Shown here one piece after another: positions 47,750-60,383 of a stretch of DNA of 64,000 nucleotides. Position 1 is the stretch's first letter; each line of letters opens with the position of its first letter. The notes beneath the pieces are model-generated. The model had not been told where the DNA came from. It worked only from the letters and a program-made list of their open reading frames with translations, and did not search any database. A program made the position numbers and the translations under genes. Source of the stretch: Escherichia coli (GTDB lineage Bacteria; Pseudomonadota; Gammaproteobacteria; Enterobacterales; Enterobacteriaceae); the NCBI RefSeq assembly GCF_045037415.1, contig NZ_CP173438.1; one strand, given 5' to 3'.

Positions 47750-49213
47750 TTAAAGCAACACCACGGGCATCCACAGTAAGCCGGTAATCACCAGCAATAC
47801 GAGGAATATCAGCCCAAAAATCGCCCCCAGTCGCCAGTAATCCGCCGTTGGCAGATAACCACTGCCGTAGTAAATCGGACTGGGTCCGGTGGCGTATGGT
47901 GTAAGAATGCTCCCCAGACCAATTGCCGCACCAACCATCAGGCAGAACACCGGCAGCGGGATTTCCGGCATCGCCAGCGCGGCGGCAATCATCATCGGTG
48001 CGAGAGCGGAGGTATACGCTGTGGCGCTGGCAAAAAAGTAGCGCAGCAGATAAAAGACCACAATCAACGCCACCATCACTATCGTTGGCGAATAACCGCT
48101 TAAGCTGCCTGCTAACAGTTTGCCAAACCAGCTAATAAAACCGGTGTTGTTGAGTCCGGTAGCGAGGGTGATAAGCGAGGCCAGCCAGAAGAAAACGTTC
48201 CACGCCGCTTTATTACTGACAATGTCGTCCCAACTGATAATGCGCAGAAGCAGCATCAGCGCCACCACGCTGTAACCGACCATCGCGGCATCGATATAAT
48301 CACCGCCAAAAATCCACAACACCAGTGCGCCTACCATCAGCCCCAGCATCCGTTTTTCACGCGAACAGAGCGGGCCCATTGCCTGCAGTTCCGTCTCTGC
48401 CCAGCGCGGCACCTGATCGCCAGACTTCAGTACCGGCGGGTACAGCACGTAAGCCAGCCAGGGAACCAGCAAAACCAGTAAAATGCTGAGCGGCAACATC
48501 CCGAGGAACCAGTCGCCCCAGCTTAGCATGGCGTGAGATGCGCTTTTCATCAGTCCAATTAACAGCAAATTTGGAGCCATCGCCGTCAGGAAAATGGCGC
48601 TGGTCACGCAGTCGGCAACAATCCCCATCCACATGATGTACGAGCCAATGCTGCGCGAACTGCTGTCGTTTGGTTGTGATTGATAGAGCGGTGGCAGGTT
48701 ACGGATGATGGGATAGATAATCCCCGCACCACGCGCCGAGTTGGACGGTGTTACAGGCGCGAGTATCAGCTCGGAGAACATCACTGCATAGCCGAGAAAC
48801 AGCGTGCGATGCCCCATTTTTTTCACCAGAATCAGCGCGATGCGACGTCCAAGCCCGGTTTTTTCATAGCCCGTACCAAACATAAAGGCGGCGAAAATAA
48901 GCCAGATAACTGAATTAGAAAAACCAGAAACCGCCCAGGAGAGGGATTTGGCGGTGAACTTAAAACCTGGCTGGGCGAGCTGCTCCGGGCTAAACAGCAG
49001 CCACGGCGAAAGAATGGCGATGATGGATATACCCACCATCGCCACCACGGCACCCGGCACGGGTTCGAGGATCAGTCCAACGATCACGCCAGTAAAAACG
49101 GCAAAGTAGAGCCAGGTATGACTCTCCAGCCCTGCGGGAAGCGGAAGTAGAGCAATAATGGCGATGACCGCCAGCGGCGCAAGGTATCGCCACCATTCAG
49201 TGGAAGGTTTCAT
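47750..49213 (-). CDS. ttdT: L-tartrate/succinate antiporter TtdT (YgjE, DASS family)
   Basis: 487-aa ORF MKPSTEWWRYLAPLAVIAIIALLPLPAGLESHTW... Confidence 0.9.
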   Translation of the reverse strand: MKPSTEWWRYLAPLAVIAIIALLPLPAGLESHTWLYFAVFTGVIVGLILEPVPGAVVAMVGISIIAILSPWLLFSPEQLAQPGFKFTAKSLSWAVSGFSNSVIWLIFAAFMFGTGYEKTGLGRRIALILVKKMGHRTLFLGYAVMFSELILAPVTPSNSARGAGIIYPIIRNLPPLYQSQPNDSSSRSIGSYIMWMGIVADCVTSAIFLTAMAPNLLLIGLMKSASHAMLSWGDWFLGMLPLSILLVLLVPWLAYVLYPPVLKSGDQVPRWAETELQAMGPLCSREKRMLGLMVGALVLWIFGGDYIDAAMVGYSVVALMLLLRIISWDDIVSNKAAWNVFFWLASLITLATGLNNTGFISWFGKLLAGSLSGYSPTIVMVALIVVFYLLRYFFASATAYTSALAPMMIAAALAMPEIPLPVFCLMVGAAIGLGSILTPYATGPSPIYYGSGYLPTADYWRLGAIFGLIFLVLLVITGLLWMPVVLL

Positions 49214-49260
49214 CGTGTTATGCCTGCGAAAAAGGAGAGGGGCGAGCCTCTCCGTGAGGG

Positions 49261-49866
49261 TTATTTGATGTAGTGGACGTGCTCGCAGATCTCTTCCACG
49301 ATGGGATCGCGGCGTTCGGCGAACAGCTTTTTATTTTCGGCTATCAGGTTGTTGCCGTGGGTATCTATAGAGACAATCAGCGGGCCAAACTCTTTGACCC
49401 GGCAGACCCACAGCGACTCTGGCATCCCGAGTTCTGTCCAGTGCACTTCTTCAATCTCTTCCACTTGAGTTGCCGCCAGTACCGCACAGCCAGCCGGGAA
49501 AATCACATGCAGCGCCTTGAATTTCTGGCAGCCTTCTTCGGTCAGCGGCCCCATTCCGCCTTTGCCGACCACCAGTTTCACGCCGGTCTGCTCGATAAAT
49601 TCACGTTCAAAACTTTCCATACGCATACTGGTTGTCGGGCCGACGGATACCATCTCCCATTTGTCGCCGTTTTTGCGCACGATGGGGCCAGCGTGGAAAA
49701 TCGCTTTGCCGTTGAGATCGTAAGGGATCGGACGTTTCAGTTCGATCAAGCGACGGTGACAAACGTCACGGCAGGTCACCAGCGTACCGGTCAGGTAGAT
49801 CACATCGCCGACGCGAATATCTTGCAGATCTTCAGCTTTGATCGGGGTTGTCAGGATCTTTTTCAT
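49261..49866 (-). CDS. ttdB: L(+)-tartrate dehydratase beta subunit TtdB
   Basis: 201-aa [42 protein letters not shown]... Confidence 0.93.
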
Positions 49867-50774
49867 AACGCGCTCCGGGTGTGAGACAGATTTTCAAAGG
49901 TGAGATCGGCATGAACCAGCAGTGTGCCGCGACGATGCGCCCAGCAGCCGGTAGAAACAGCAACGCCGATGGTTGACGGATGGCGAGCGGCAGATTCGAT
50001 ATGCACGCCCATCACTGAACTGTTGCCAGTCAGCCCTTGTGGACCAATCCCCAAACGGTTGAGTCCTTCTTCCAGGCGTAGCTCCAGCTCTGCCGCTTTC
50101 GGATTGGGGTGGCGGCTGCCAATCGGGCGCAAAATGGCTTTTCGCGAGAGCACTGCGGCGGTTTCCACCGAGGTAGCGATGCCAACGCCCACCAGTACCG
50201 GCGGACAGGCGTTTACGGCGAGGGTGGAGATATTTTCGAAGACGAATTTCACTACGCCTTCGTAGCCTTCTGACGGCATTAACACTTTCGATCGGCCAGG
50301 TAGCGTGCAGCCGCCGCCTGCCATGTAAACTTCGATTTCCGCATCGTCACCGTCGGGGACGATATCCCAGGTGACCCACGGTACGCCGCTGCCGGTATTT
50401 TTGCCGGTGTTTACTTCGTCAAAAATTTCTACCGCATTGTGACGCAGTGGCGCTTTGACGGTTGCCTCTTCCACGGCTTGTTTGAGTATGCTTTGCAGCT
50501 CGCCAAGCAGTGGGAAACGGGAACCGACCTTAACAAAAAACATGATTTCGCCGGTGTCCTGACAGGCAGGACGATTCAGGTCGATCGCTTTTTGCATGTT
50601 ATCGAACATCGTGTGGTAGATGATTTTTCCCATCGACGATGTTTCGGCATCCTTTAGCTGTTTTAGTTTATCCACCACGTCATCAGGCATTCGGGTAGAA
50701 ATCATGGCGGTAAAGTTAGCGACAATCTCCGTCAACTTATTCACTGCCTGTTGCTTATTACTTTCGCTCATCAT
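49863..50774 (-). CDS. ttdA: L(+)-tartrate dehydratase alpha subunit TtdA
   Basis: 303-aa [42 protein letters not shown]...; 4-bp overlap with ttdB. Confidence 0.93.
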
Positions 50775-50980
50775 GGCAACTCCAGTTTATGTATTTGTCT
50801 GGAAAAATTCACCGCCACAAACTACCACTAAAAATGTGGTTTTATATTTTTTGCCACCGTGAATATGTAATTAACAGTTCGTGAATCAACGCGAAAATAA
50901 GAACGAATATTGCGCCAGAGCAGGGAATGGTAATGTTTTGCGAAATACACTGCGTTTATCAAAACTGCGGATATTTAACA

Positions 50981-51913
50981 ATGCTAAATAGCTGGCCTTT
51001 AGCCAAAGACTTGCAGGTACTGGTGGAAATCGTCCATAGCGGGAGTTTTAGTGCTGCAGCGGCGACGCTTGGGCAAACGCCTGCATTTGTCACCAAGCGG
51101 ATCCAAATCCTTGAAAATACGCTGGCAACAACGCTGCTGAACCGCTCCGCTCGCGGCGTGGCGCTGACTGAAAGTGGCCAACGTTGTTACGAACATGCGC
51201 TGGAAATCCTCACCCAATATCAGCGACTGGTCGATGACGTCACGCAAATCAAAACGCGCCCGGAGGGGATGATCCGCATTGGTTGCAGTTTTGGTTTTGG
51301 GCGCAGCCATATTGCGCCAGCTATTACCGAACTGATGCGCAATTATCCTGAGTTACAGGTGCATTTTGAATTGTTCGATCGACAAATTGATTTAGTGCAG
51401 GATAATATTGATCTGGATATTCGTATTAATGACGCAATTCCTGATTATTATATTGCGCATCTTTTGACAAAAAATAAAAGAATATTATGCGCAGCACCTG
51501 AGTATCTGCAAAAATATCCGCAGCCACAATCCTTACAGGAATTAAGTCGTCATGACTGCCTGGTGACCAAAGAGCGCGATATGACCCACGGAATATGGGA
51601 GTTGGGGAACGGTCAGGAGAAAAAATCGGTGAAGGTAAGCGGACATCTTTCCTCCAATAGCGGCGAGATTGTGTTGCAATGGGCGCTGGAGGGCAAAGGG
51701 ATTATGCTGCGTTCCGAGTGGGATGTGTTGCCGTTTCTGGAGAGTGGCAAACTGGTGCGAGTATTGCCGGAGTATGCACAAAGCGCCAATATCTGGGCTG
51801 TTTACCGGGAGCCGCTCTATCGCAGCATGAAATTACGTGTCTGTGTGGAATTTCTGGCGGCATGGTGCCAGCAACGGCTGGGCAAGCCCGACGAAGGCTA
51901 TCAGGTCATGTAG
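50981..51913 (+). CDS. ttdR: LysR-family activator of ttdABT, TtdR (YgiP)
   Basis: ..[45 protein letters not shown]..; start at MLNSW gives 310 aa; divergent from ttdA. Confidence 0.88.
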   Translation: MLNSWPLAKDLQVLVEIVHSGSFSAAAATLGQTPAFVTKRIQILENTLATTLLNRSARGVALTESGQRCYEHALEILTQYQRLVDDVTQIKTRPEGMIRIGCSFGFGRSHIAPAITELMRNYPELQVHFELFDRQIDLVQDNIDLDIRINDAIPDYYIAHLLTKNKRILCAAPEYLQKYPQPQSLQELSRHDCLVTKERDMTHGIWELGNGQEKKSVKVSGHLSSNSGEIVLQWALEGKGIMLRSEWDVLPFLESGKLVRVLPEYAQSANIWAVYREPLYRSMKLRVCVEFLAAWCQQRLGKPDEGYQVM

Positions 51914-51925
51914 ATCCACCAGAAA

Positions 51926-52543
51926 TCACTCGGGATCCTTTTCGCGCTTTCTTTTGAATTTCGTCCAGATTTTTGTCTCCTGGCGACGCCACAGACGCTG
52001 GATGTTGTCATGATGACGCAGCAGGATCAGGCAAGAGAGCATCGAAACCGGGAAGGTGAATTGTGGCTTAAACCACCAGACATAAAACGGAGCAATCAGT
52101 GCACTGACAATCGCTCCCAGCGACGAGTAACCACTCAATAGCACGGTCAGTAACCAGGTTCCCGCCATTACTCCAGTGAGATCCCAGCCAATTGGTGCGA
52201 TGGCACCAAAAGCGGTAGCAACGCCTTTTCCTCCTTTAAAACCGAAGAAAACGGGCCAGATGTGTCCAAGACAGGCGGCGATGGCAATTAAGCCTAGCCA
52301 GAAGGGGCTGACACCTAATTCATACGCGCCCCAGACGGGCAACATTCCTTTCAGAACGTCGAAAATCAGTACTGCTACGGCTGCTCCCTTGCCACCGATA
52401 CGTAACACATTGGTTGCGCCTGGATTGCCGGAGCCGCTGGTTCGCGGATCGGGTAACCCACACAAGCGGCAAACCAGAATGGCACTGGAAATGGAGCCGC
52501 AGAGGTACGCGATGAGGATCATTCCAGGCGCGATTGCACTCAT
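51926..52543 (-). CDS. plsY: glycerol-3-phosphate acyltransferase PlsY (YgiH)
   Basis: 205-aa [55 protein letters not shown]... Confidence 0.93.
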
Positions 52544-52647
52544 AAGCTGTTCCGTTTTGAAAATTCGTGTTCAACGATGAATCTGTGGATAATACGCACA
52601 TTTCGCCGGAAGTGGTATCCGGTTAGCCAAAAAGCAGGCAGGACGTG

Positions 52648-53016
52648 ATGGATATTGTATTTATAGAGCAACTTTCGGTAATCACCACTATTGGTGTTTA
52701 CGACTGGGAACAGACCATCGAACAGAAGTTAGTGTTCGATATCGAAATGGCGTGGGATAACCGTAAAGCGGCGAAAAGTGATGATGTGGCGGATTGCCTC
52801 AGTTACGCTGACATTGCAGAAACGGTGGTCAGCCACGTCGAGGGGGCGCGTTTTGCGCTGGTGGAACGCGTGGCTGAAGAGGTGGCGGAACTGCTGTTAG
52901 CACGCTTCAACTCGCCGTGGGTGCGTATCAAACTCAGCAAGCCAGGCGCAGTGGCGCGGGCGGCGAATGTTGGCGTAATCATTGAGCGTGGCAATAATCT
53001 GAAAGAAAATAATTAA
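52648..53016 (+). CDS. folB: dihydroneopterin aldolase FolB
   Basis: MDIVFIEQLSVITTIGVYDWEQTIEQKLVFDIEMAWDNRKAAKSDDV... (122 aa from second ATG). Confidence 0.93.
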   Translation: MDIVFIEQLSVITTIGVYDWEQTIEQKLVFDIEMAWDNRKAAKSDDVADCLSYADIAETVVSHVEGARFALVERVAEEVAELLLARFNSPWVRIKLSKPGAVARAANVGVIIERGNNLKENN

Positions 53017-53106
53017 TTTTACAGCTGTTAAACCAAACGATTATAACCTGGTCATACTGCAGTAGTTCGGACAAGCGTTACATTTTTATAATTTAGGGGT
53101 TTATTG

Positions 53107-53928
53107 ATGAGCGATATGCACTCGCTGCTGATAGCGGCAATATTGGGTGTGGTCGAAGGATTGACAGAATTTCTGCCGGTATCCAGCACGGGCCATATGA
53201 TTATTGTCGGTCACTTGTTGGGGTTTGAGGGCGACACGGCGAAAACCTTTGAAGTCGTGATCCAGTTAGGATCAATTCTGGCGGTAGTAGTGATGTTCTG
53301 GCGGCGTCTGTTTGGCCTGATTGGCATCCACTTTGGCCGCCCGTTGCAGCACGAAGGAGAAAACAAAGGTCGTTTAACGCTGATCCACATTTTGCTGGGG
53401 ATGATTCCGGCGGTGGTACTGGGGCTGTTGTTCCACGACACGATTAAATCATTGTTTAACCCGATAAATGTCATGTATGCACTGGTCGTTGGCGGTCTGT
53501 TGCTGATTGCTGCCGAATGCCTGAAGCCGAAAGAGCCGCGTGCGCCGGGTCTTGATGATATGACCTATCGTCAGGCGTTTATGATTGGCTGTTTCCAGTG
53601 TCTGGCGCTGTGGCCGGGTTTCTCCCGTTCCGGGGCGACCATTTCAGGTGGGATGCTGATGGGGGTGAGCCGTTACGCTGCTTCCGAGTTCTCGTTCCTG
53701 CTGGCGGTGCCGATGATGATGGGCGCAACGGCGCTCGATCTCTACAAAAGCTGGGGCTTCCTGACTACCGGCGATATCCCGATGTTTGCCGTTGGGTTTA
53801 TCACCGCTTTTGTGGTGGCGCTGATAGCGATTAAAACCTTCCTGCAATTGATTAAGCGCATTTCGTTTATCCCGTTCGCCATTTATCGCTTTATTGTGGC
53901 GGCTGCGGTGTACGTCGTGTTCTTTTGA
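53107..53928 (+). CDS. uppP: undecaprenyl-diphosphate phosphatase UppP (BacA)
   Basis: [40 protein letters not shown]... (273 aa from ATG at 53107; track starts at an upstream TTG). Confidence 0.93.
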   Translation: MSDMHSLLIAAILGVVEGLTEFLPVSSTGHMIIVGHLLGFEGDTAKTFEVVIQLGSILAVVVMFWRRLFGLIGIHFGRPLQHEGENKGRLTLIHILLGMIPAVVLGLLFHDTIKSLFNPINVMYALVVGGLLLIAAECLKPKEPRAPGLDDMTYRQAFMIGCFQCLALWPGFSRSGATISGGMLMGVSRYAASEFSFLLAVPMMMGATALDLYKSWGFLTTGDIPMFAVGFITAFVVALIAIKTFLQLIKRISFIPFAIYRFIVAAAVYVVFF

Positions 53929-53939
53929 TTGAGAGATAG

Positions 53940-53975
53940 TGTCGGATATGACGCTTGTGCGTCTTATCCGACCTA
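53940..53975. terminator. hairpin between convergent uppP and cca
   Basis: gtcggatatgacgc-ttgt-gcgtcttatccgac 14-bp stem. Confidence 0.5.
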
Positions 53976-54007
53976 AGGGATTTCTGCAATATACTGAATT
54001 TAAAAAG

Positions 54008-55246
54008 TTAATCAGGCTTTGGGCAACGTTGTTCCTTCCAGCTGGCTACCGCCGCAATCCGCCGTCGGGTCAGCTCCTCACGAATCTCCACACCTTTAAA
54101 TCCTGCTTCAACGACGGCTTTTGTCGGCACTGACTGCGCCACTTCCCAGGCTTCGCGCAACCAGCGGCCTTGCGGGTAGTCCGCTGATTCAAAACCGGTT
54201 CTGCCGCGCACGTCAGCCTCGCTGGTCAGCGCCAGTTGCTCGACACGCTGCGGTTTACGCCAGGCGTCAATGGAATCAAACAATTTAACAATGGTTTTCG
54301 GGTTCAGCATTGGAAAGGTGTGGATGAGATCGTGAAACTCAGCTACCAGTCTGGCTAAATCGCGAATTTCATTTGGCACGCGCAGACGCTGGCATAGTTG
54401 TTCCACTAACTTCACACCCGCCGGGCCATGACCATGATGACGTGGCCAAAGTTCTGGCGGCGTCAGTCCTTTACCGAGATCGTGGCATAACGTTGCGAAA
54501 CGAACATCGACCTGCGGACTCAGCATCGCCGCCATTGAGAGCGTCATTAAGGTATGAATACCCGTGTCGATTTCCGGGTGCCACCTGGCAGGGGCCGGAA
54601 CGCCAAACAGGGAGTCAATTTCCGGGAATAAAACGCGCAGTGCGCCGCAATCGCGCAGTACCTGGAAGAACACCTGGGGATTGCGGGTGGTGAGGGCGCT
54701 TTCCGTCTCTTTCCATACCCGTTCAGGCGTCAGGTGTTCCAGTTCACCCGCATGGGTCATCTCGCGCATCAGCGCCAGAGTTTCATCGGCAATACGGAAA
54801 CTGAGGTGGGCATAACGCGCAGCAAAACGCGCTACGCGCAACACGCGTAACGGATCTTCGCCAAAAGCGGGGGAAACATGGCGCAACAGACGATTTTGCA
54901 GATCGCCCAGACCGTTGTACGGGTCGATAATCTCGCCGTTATCGTCCTGGGCCAGCGCATTAATGGTCAGATCGCGACGCTTAAGATCATCTTCCAGCGA
55001 GACATCCGGTGCGGCATAGCAGGTAAAACCGGTGTAACCGGAACCAGATTTCCGTTCGGTACGTGCCAGTGCATACTCTTCATGCGTTTGCGGATGCAGA
55101 AACACAGGAAAATCGCGGCCTACCTGCTGGTAGCCCGCGTCGAGCATCTCCTGTGGCGTACTGCCGACCACCACCCAATCTCTGTCTTTGACCGGTAGCC
55201 CTAACAATGCATCCCGAACAGCACCACCGACCAGATAAATCTTCAC
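54008..55246 (-). CDS. cca: CCA-adding tRNA nucleotidyltransferase / HD phosphohydrolase Cca
   Basis: 412-aa [55 protein letters not shown]... Confidence 0.95.
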   Translation of the reverse strand: MKIYLVGGAVRDALLGLPVKDRDWVVVGSTPQEMLDAGYQQVGRDFPVFLHPQTHEEYALARTERKSGSGYTGFTCYAAPDVSLEDDLKRRDLTINALAQDDNGEIIDPYNGLGDLQNRLLRHVSPAFGEDPLRVLRVARFAARYAHLSFRIADETLALMREMTHAGELEHLTPERVWKETESALTTRNPQVFFQVLRDCGALRVLFPEIDSLFGVPAPARWHPEIDTGIHTLMTLSMAAMLSPQVDVRFATLCHDLGKGLTPPELWPRHHGHGPAGVKLVEQLCQRLRVPNEIRDLARLVAEFHDLIHTFPMLNPKTIVKLFDSIDAWRKPQRVEQLALTSEADVRGRTGFESADYPQGRWLREAWEVAQSVPTKAVVEAGFKGVEIREELTRRRIAAVASWKEQRCPKPD

Positions 55247-55309
55247 GCCATCATCCCTTCGTCAAATACACAATTCCTAATAATAAGACAGTGCAACGAA
55301 GAAGGCGAT

Positions 55310-55930
55310 TTAGTTCATCCAGCGATCTTTGCGTTTGCGGCTTGGGATCAGGTGCGGCAGTACCAGACCAAGCAGCAAGCCAAGCCCCAGCACGCCACCG
55401 CCATACATAAACCACTGCATGATGATGGTGCGCTGTTTGTCATCCAACTGTACGCTGGCGGCATCGACCTTTTTCTGCGCGACAATCAGCTCGTTTTTCA
55501 GTTTCTGATTTTCTTCTTTTAACCTGTTGATCACGCTGTCACTCTGCGCCACTTTTTGCTGCATTTCTGCGGTGCGCTGATTCCAGGTGTTATCGATATT
55601 GGTGAGTTTATCGGTCAGAGTTTTGACCTGATTTTCCAGATCTGGCACACGGGAGCGCAGGCTTGGTTCAGTGCTAAGTTGTTTCAACGGGATCCAGGCA
55701 GTACGGCCAGAGCTGTCTTTCACCTGGGCATAATTGGTGTTGGCGTCAGTTTGTAATAAGGTCACTTCCTCGCCGGCGTTAACCGTGCCCACGAGGCGAT
55801 AATGATCTCCCGGACCGCTACGGACCCAGGTATTCAGTTCGTCGGAAACATAGCGCGTTTCTTCAGCGTGTGAGACGGCAGTCGCGCTAAGTGCGAGTAA
55901 AGTTAATCCGATCAGGCGTAATTTTGGCAT
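55310..55930 (-). CDS. ygiM: SH3-domain membrane protein YgiM (signal peptide, coiled coil, C-terminal TM)
   Basis: 206-aa ORF MPKLRLIGLTLLALSATAVSHAEETRYVSDELNTWVRSGPGDHYRLVGTV... Confidence 0.88.
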   Translation of the reverse strand: MPKLRLIGLTLLALSATAVSHAEETRYVSDELNTWVRSGPGDHYRLVGTVNAGEEVTLLQTDANTNYAQVKDSSGRTAWIPLKQLSTEPSLRSRVPDLENQVKTLTDKLTNIDNTWNQRTAEMQQKVAQSDSVINRLKEENQKLKNELIVAQKKVDAASVQLDDKQRTIIMQWFMYGGGVLGLGLLLGLVLPHLIPSRKRKDRWMN

Positions 55931-56171
55931 CAGGCTGTCGTTATTGTCATGGAAAGTGGAACGATAGTAGTGGCATCAGTGTCGCTACGCAAAGCATTCG
56001 ACATCAATCGGAATCCTCTGTGTCAGGTCTTGCCACTGCTTCAAACTTTTACGCCCGTCAAATTGCCCGTTGCATGGCAATTTGGCGCAAAATACTATCT
56101 ACTGACAAAAAAGATCGCATTAAGTTCGCCGTTCATCGTCACTTATGTGACATAACCAGTAAGTAAAGGCC

Positions 56172-57473
56172 ATGGCTCAGGAAATCGAATTAAAGTTTAT
56201 TGTTAATCACAGTGCCGTTGAGGCGCTGCGTGACCATCTCAATACGCTGGGCGGCGAGCACCATGACCCCGTGCAGTTGCTGAATATTTACTACGAAACG
56301 CCGGATAATTGGCTGCGTGGGCACGACATGGGCTTGCGTATTCGTGGCGAAAACGGTCGCTATGAGATGACCATGAAAGTTGCAGGAAGAGTGACAGGCG
56401 GCTTACACCAGCGCCCGGAATATAACGTGGCGTTGAGCGAACCGACGCTCGACCTGGCGCAGTTACCGACGGAAGTCTGGCCGAACGGCGAATTGCCTAC
56501 CGATCTCGCTTCCCGCGTGCAGCCGCTGTTTAGCACCGATTTTTATCGCGAAAAATGGCTAGTAGAGGTCGATGGCAGCCGAATTGAAATCGCTCTCGAT
56601 CAGGGTGAGGTGAAAGCGGGTGAATTTGCTGAACCTATCTGTGAGCTGGAACTGGAACTGCTTAGCGGCGACATGCGTGCGGTGCTGAAACTGGCGAACC
56701 AACTGGTATCGCAAACCGGATTACGCCAGGGCAGCCTGAGCAAAGCAGCGCGTGGCTATCATCTGGCGCAGGGCAATCCGGCGCGTGAAATCAAACCGAC
56801 CACCATTTTGCATGTTGCGGCAAAAGCTGATGTGGAACAGGGGCTGGAAGCGGCGCTCGAGCTGGCGTTAGCGCAATGGCAGTATCATGAAGAACTGTGG
56901 GTACGCGGCAACGATGCGGCGAAAGAGCAGGTGCTGGCAGCCATTGGCCTGGTTCGTCATACACTGATGCTGTTCGGTGGCATTGTGCCGCGTAAAGCGA
57001 GCACTCACTTACGTGATCTGCTGACTCAATGCGAGGCGACCATTGCTTCTGCGGTTTCTGCCGTAACGGCGGTCTACTCTACCGAAACGGCAATGGCGAA
57101 GCTGGCGTTGACCGAATGGCTGGTAAGCAAAGCCTGGCAGCCGTTTTTAGATGCCAAAGCGCAGAGTAAAATGAGCGATTCCTTCAAACGCTTTGCCGAT
57201 ATCCATCTTTCCCGCCATGCCGCTGAACTGAAAAGCGTTTTCTGCCAGCCGTTAGGCGATCGCTACCGTGACCAATTGCCACGCCTGACGCGTGATATTG
57301 ACTCAATACTGTTGCTGGCGGGTTACTACGATCCTGTCGTCGCGCAAGACTGGCTGGAGAACTGGCAGGGGCTGCGTCACGCTATTGCGACCGGGCAACG
57401 CATTGAAATTGAACATTTCCGTAATGAGGCAAACAATCAGGAACCGTTCTGGTTGCACAGCGGAAAACGTTAA
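56172..57473 (+). CDS. ygiF: inorganic triphosphatase YgiF (CYTH + CHAD)
   Basis: 433-aa [53 protein letters not shown]... Confidence 0.92.
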   Translation: MAQEIELKFIVNHSAVEALRDHLNTLGGEHHDPVQLLNIYYETPDNWLRGHDMGLRIRGENGRYEMTMKVAGRVTGGLHQRPEYNVALSEPTLDLAQLPTEVWPNGELPTDLASRVQPLFSTDFYREKWLVEVDGSRIEIALDQGEVKAGEFAEPICELELELLSGDMRAVLKLANQLVSQTGLRQGSLSKAARGYHLAQGNPAREIKPTTILHVAAKADVEQGLEAALELALAQWQYHEELWVRGNDAAKEQVLAAIGLVRHTLMLFGGIVPRKASTHLRDLLTQCEATIASAVSAVTAVYSTETAMAKLALTEWLVSKAWQPFLDAKAQSKMSDSFKRFADIHLSRHAAELKSVFCQPLGDRYRDQLPRLTRDIDSILLLAGYYDPVVAQDWLENWQGLRHAIATGQRIEIEHFRNEANNQEPFWLHSGKR

Positions 57474-57495
57474 TCAGGCAAGGATAAAATCGCTT

Positions 57496-60336
57496 ATGAA
57501 GCCGCTCTCTTCACCGTTACAGCAGTACTGGCAGACCGTTGTTGAGCGGCTGCCAGAGCCTTTAGCCGAGGAATCACTTAGCGCACAGGCGAAGTCAGTA
57601 CTTACTTTCAGTGATTTTGTGCAGGACAGCGTGATTGCGCATCCAGAGTGGCTGACGGAACTGGAAAGCCAACCGCCGCAGGCCGACGAATGGCAGCATT
57701 ACGCTGCATGGTTGCAGGAGGCGCTCAGTAATGTGAGTGACGAGGCTGGGTTAATGCGCGAGCTGCGGCTATTCCGGCGGCGCATTATGGTGCGCATCGC
57801 CTGGGCGCAAACGCTGGCACTGGTTACTGAAGAGAGCATATTGCAGCAGCTCAGCCATCTGGCGGAGACGCTGATTGTTGCGGCGCGTGACTGGCTGTAT
57901 GACGCCTGCTGCCGCGAATGGGGAACGCCGTGCAATGCGCAGGGCGAAGCGCAACCGCTGCTGATTTTAGGCATGGGTAAGCTGGGCGGCGGGGAATTGA
58001 ATTTCTCCTCAGATATCGATCTGATTTTTGCCTGGCCGGAACATGGTTGTACCCAGGGCGGACGCCGGGAACTGGATAACGCGCAGTTTTTTACCCGCAT
58101 GGGGCAGCGGCTGATTAAAGTACTGGATCAACCAACGCAGGATGGCTTCGTCTATCGCGTGGATATGCGGCTGCGTCCGTTTGGGGAAAGTGGCCCGCTG
58201 GTGCTGAGCTTTGCGGCGCTGGAAGATTATTACCAGGAGCAGGGGCGCGACTGGGAGCGTTACGCGATGGTCAAGGCGCGGATTATGGGGGATAGCGACG
58301 GCGTCTATGCTAACGAGTTGCGTGCGTTGCTGCGCCCGTTTGTTTTCCGTCGTTACATCGATTTCAGCGTGATTCAGTCGCTGCGCAACATGAAAGGAAT
58401 GATTGCCCGTGAAGTGCGTCGACGCGGTTTGACCGACAACATCAAACTTGGCGCAGGCGGCATTCGCGAAATTGAATTTATCGTCCAGGTGTTCCAGCTC
58501 ATTCGCGGCGGGCGCGAACCGTCGCTGCAATCGCGCTCTTTACTGCCAACGCTCAGCGCCATTGCCGCGCTGCATCTGCTTTCTGAAAACGATGCTGAAC
58601 AATTGCGAGTGGCGTATCTGTTCCTGCGGCGTCTGGAAAACCTGCTGCAAAGCATTAACGACGAACAAACCCAGACGCTTCCTTCTGATGAGCTTAACCG
58701 TGCGCGGCTGGCGTGGGCGATGGACTTTGCTGACTGGCCGCAATTGACCGGGGTGCTGACCGCACATATGGCCAATGTGCGCCGGGTGTTTAATGAATTG
58801 ATTGGCGACGACGAAAGTGAAACTCAGGAAGAGTCGCTGTCGGAACAGTGGCGTGAGCTGTGGCAGGATGCGTTGCAGGAAGATGACACCACGCCAGTGC
58901 TGGCGCATCTTAGCGAGGATGATCGCAAACAGGTGCTAATGCTGATTGCTGATTTCCGCAAAGAGCTGGATAAGCGCACCATCGGGCCGCGAGGACGTCA
59001 GGTGCTCGACCATCTGATGCCACATCTGCTAAGTGATGTCTGTGCGCGTGAAGACGCTGCTGTCACGCTGTCGCGCATTACCGCCTTGCTGGTGGGGATT
59101 GTTACTCGCACCACTTATCTTGAGCTGCTTAGTGAATTCCCTGCGGCGCTTAAGCATTTGATTTCTCTGTGTGCTGCATCGCCGATGATTGCCAGCCAGC
59201 TAGCGCGTTATCCATTATTGCTGGATGAATTGCTCGATCCAAATACCCTCTACCAACCAACGGCGACGGATGCCTACCGTGATGAACTGCGCCAGTATTT
59301 GCTGCGCGTGCCGGAAGATGACGAAGAACAACAGCTTGAGGCGCTGCGTCAGTTCAAACAGGCGCAGCTGTTACGCATTGCGGCAGCGGATATCGCCGGT
59401 ACGCTACCGGTAATGAAAGTGAGCGATCACTTAACCTGGCTGGCAGAAGCCATGATTGATGCCGTCGTTCAGCAGGCGTGGGTTCAAATGGTTGCCCGCT
59501 ACGGTAAGCCAAATCACCTGAACGAACGCGAAGGGCGTGGTTTTGCGGTGGTCGGCTACGGCAAGCTGGGTGGCTGGGAGTTAGGCTACAGTTCCGATCT
59601 TGACCTGATCTTCCTCCATGATTGCCCAATGGATGCGATGACTGACGGCGAGCGGGAAATCGACGGGCGACAGTTTTATCTGCGTCTGGCGCAACGCATT
59701 ATGCATCTGTTCAGTACGCGAACCTCTTCCGGCATTTTGTATGAAGTGGATGCACGACTGCGTCCGTCCGGGGCGGCGGGAATGCTGGTGACATCCGCAG
59801 AAGCATTTGCTGATTATCAGAAAAACGAGGCCTGGACGTGGGAGCATCAGGCGCTGGTGCGTGCGCGTGTAGTGTACGGCGATCCGCAGCTCACCGCGCA
59901 CTTTGACGCAGTACGCCGGGAGATTATGACGCTGCCGCGCGAAGGCAAAACCCTGCAAACAGAAGTGCGGGAAATGCGCGAGAAAATGCGTGCCCATCTC
60001 GGCAATAAACATCGCGATCGCTTTGATATCAAAGCCGATGAAGGCGGAATTACCGATATCGAATTTATTACTCAATATCTGGTGTTGCGCTACGCTCACG
60101 AAAAACCGAAGTTAACGCGCTGGTCAGACAACGTGCGCATTCTGGAACTACTGGCGCAAAACGACATTATGGAAGAGCAGGAAGCGATGGCGCTGACCCG
60201 TGCTTACACGACGCTGCGCGATGAACTTCATCATCTGGCATTACAGGAATTGCCGGGCCATGTGTCGGAGGATTGCTTCACCGCAGAGCGTGAACTGGTG
60301 CGGGCAAGCTGGCAGAAGTGGCTGGTGGAAGAATGA
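57496..60336 (+). CDS. glnE: glutamine synthetase adenylyltransferase/adenylyl-removing enzyme GlnE
   Basis: ..[45 protein letters not shown]..; ATG at 57496 gives 946 aa. Confidence 0.95.
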   Translation: MKPLSSPLQQYWQTVVERLPEPLAEESLSAQAKSVLTFSDFVQDSVIAHPEWLTELESQPPQADEWQHYAAWLQEALSNVSDEAGLMRELRLFRRRIMVRIAWAQTLALVTEESILQQLSHLAETLIVAARDWLYDACCREWGTPCNAQGEAQPLLILGMGKLGGGELNFSSDIDLIFAWPEHGCTQGGRRELDNAQFFTRMGQRLIKVLDQPTQDGFVYRVDMRLRPFGESGPLVLSFAALEDYYQEQGRDWERYAMVKARIMGDSDGVYANELRALLRPFVFRRYIDFSVIQSLRNMKGMIAREVRRRGLTDNIKLGAGGIREIEFIVQVFQLIRGGREPSLQSRSLLPTLSAIAALHLLSENDAEQLRVAYLFLRRLENLLQSINDEQTQTLPSDELNRARLAWAMDFADWPQLTGVLTAHMANVRRVFNELIGDDESETQEESLSEQWRELWQDALQEDDTTPVLAHLSEDDRKQVLMLIADFRKELDKRTIGPRGRQVLDHLMPHLLSDVCAREDAAVTLSRITALLVGIVTRTTYLELLSEFPAALKHLISLCAASPMIASQLARYPLLLDELLDPNTLYQPTATDAYRDELRQYLLRVPEDDEEQQLEALRQFKQAQLLRIAAADIAGTLPVMKVSDHLTWLAEAMIDAVVQQAWVQMVARYGKPNHLNEREGRGFAVVGYGKLGGWELGYSSDLDLIFLHDCPMDAMTDGEREIDGRQFYLRLAQRIMHLFSTRTSSGILYEVDARLRPSGAAGMLVTSAEAFADYQKNEAWTWEHQALVRARVVYGDPQLTAHFDAVRREIMTLPREGKTLQTEVREMREKMRAHLGNKHRDRFDIKADEGGITDIEFITQYLVLRYAHEKPKLTRWSDNVRILELLAQNDIMEEQEAMALTRAYTTLRDELHHLALQELPGHVSEDCFTAERELVRASWQKWLVEE

Positions 60337-60383
60337 AGTATGGTATTATCGCGCGCAAATTTTGAATCTCTCAGGAGACAGGA

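Noticed and set aside
57699-60099. Minus-strand ORFs (133, 173, 133, 122, 172 aa) antisense to glnE
   Set aside because: Shadow ORFs within glnE; no support as genes.
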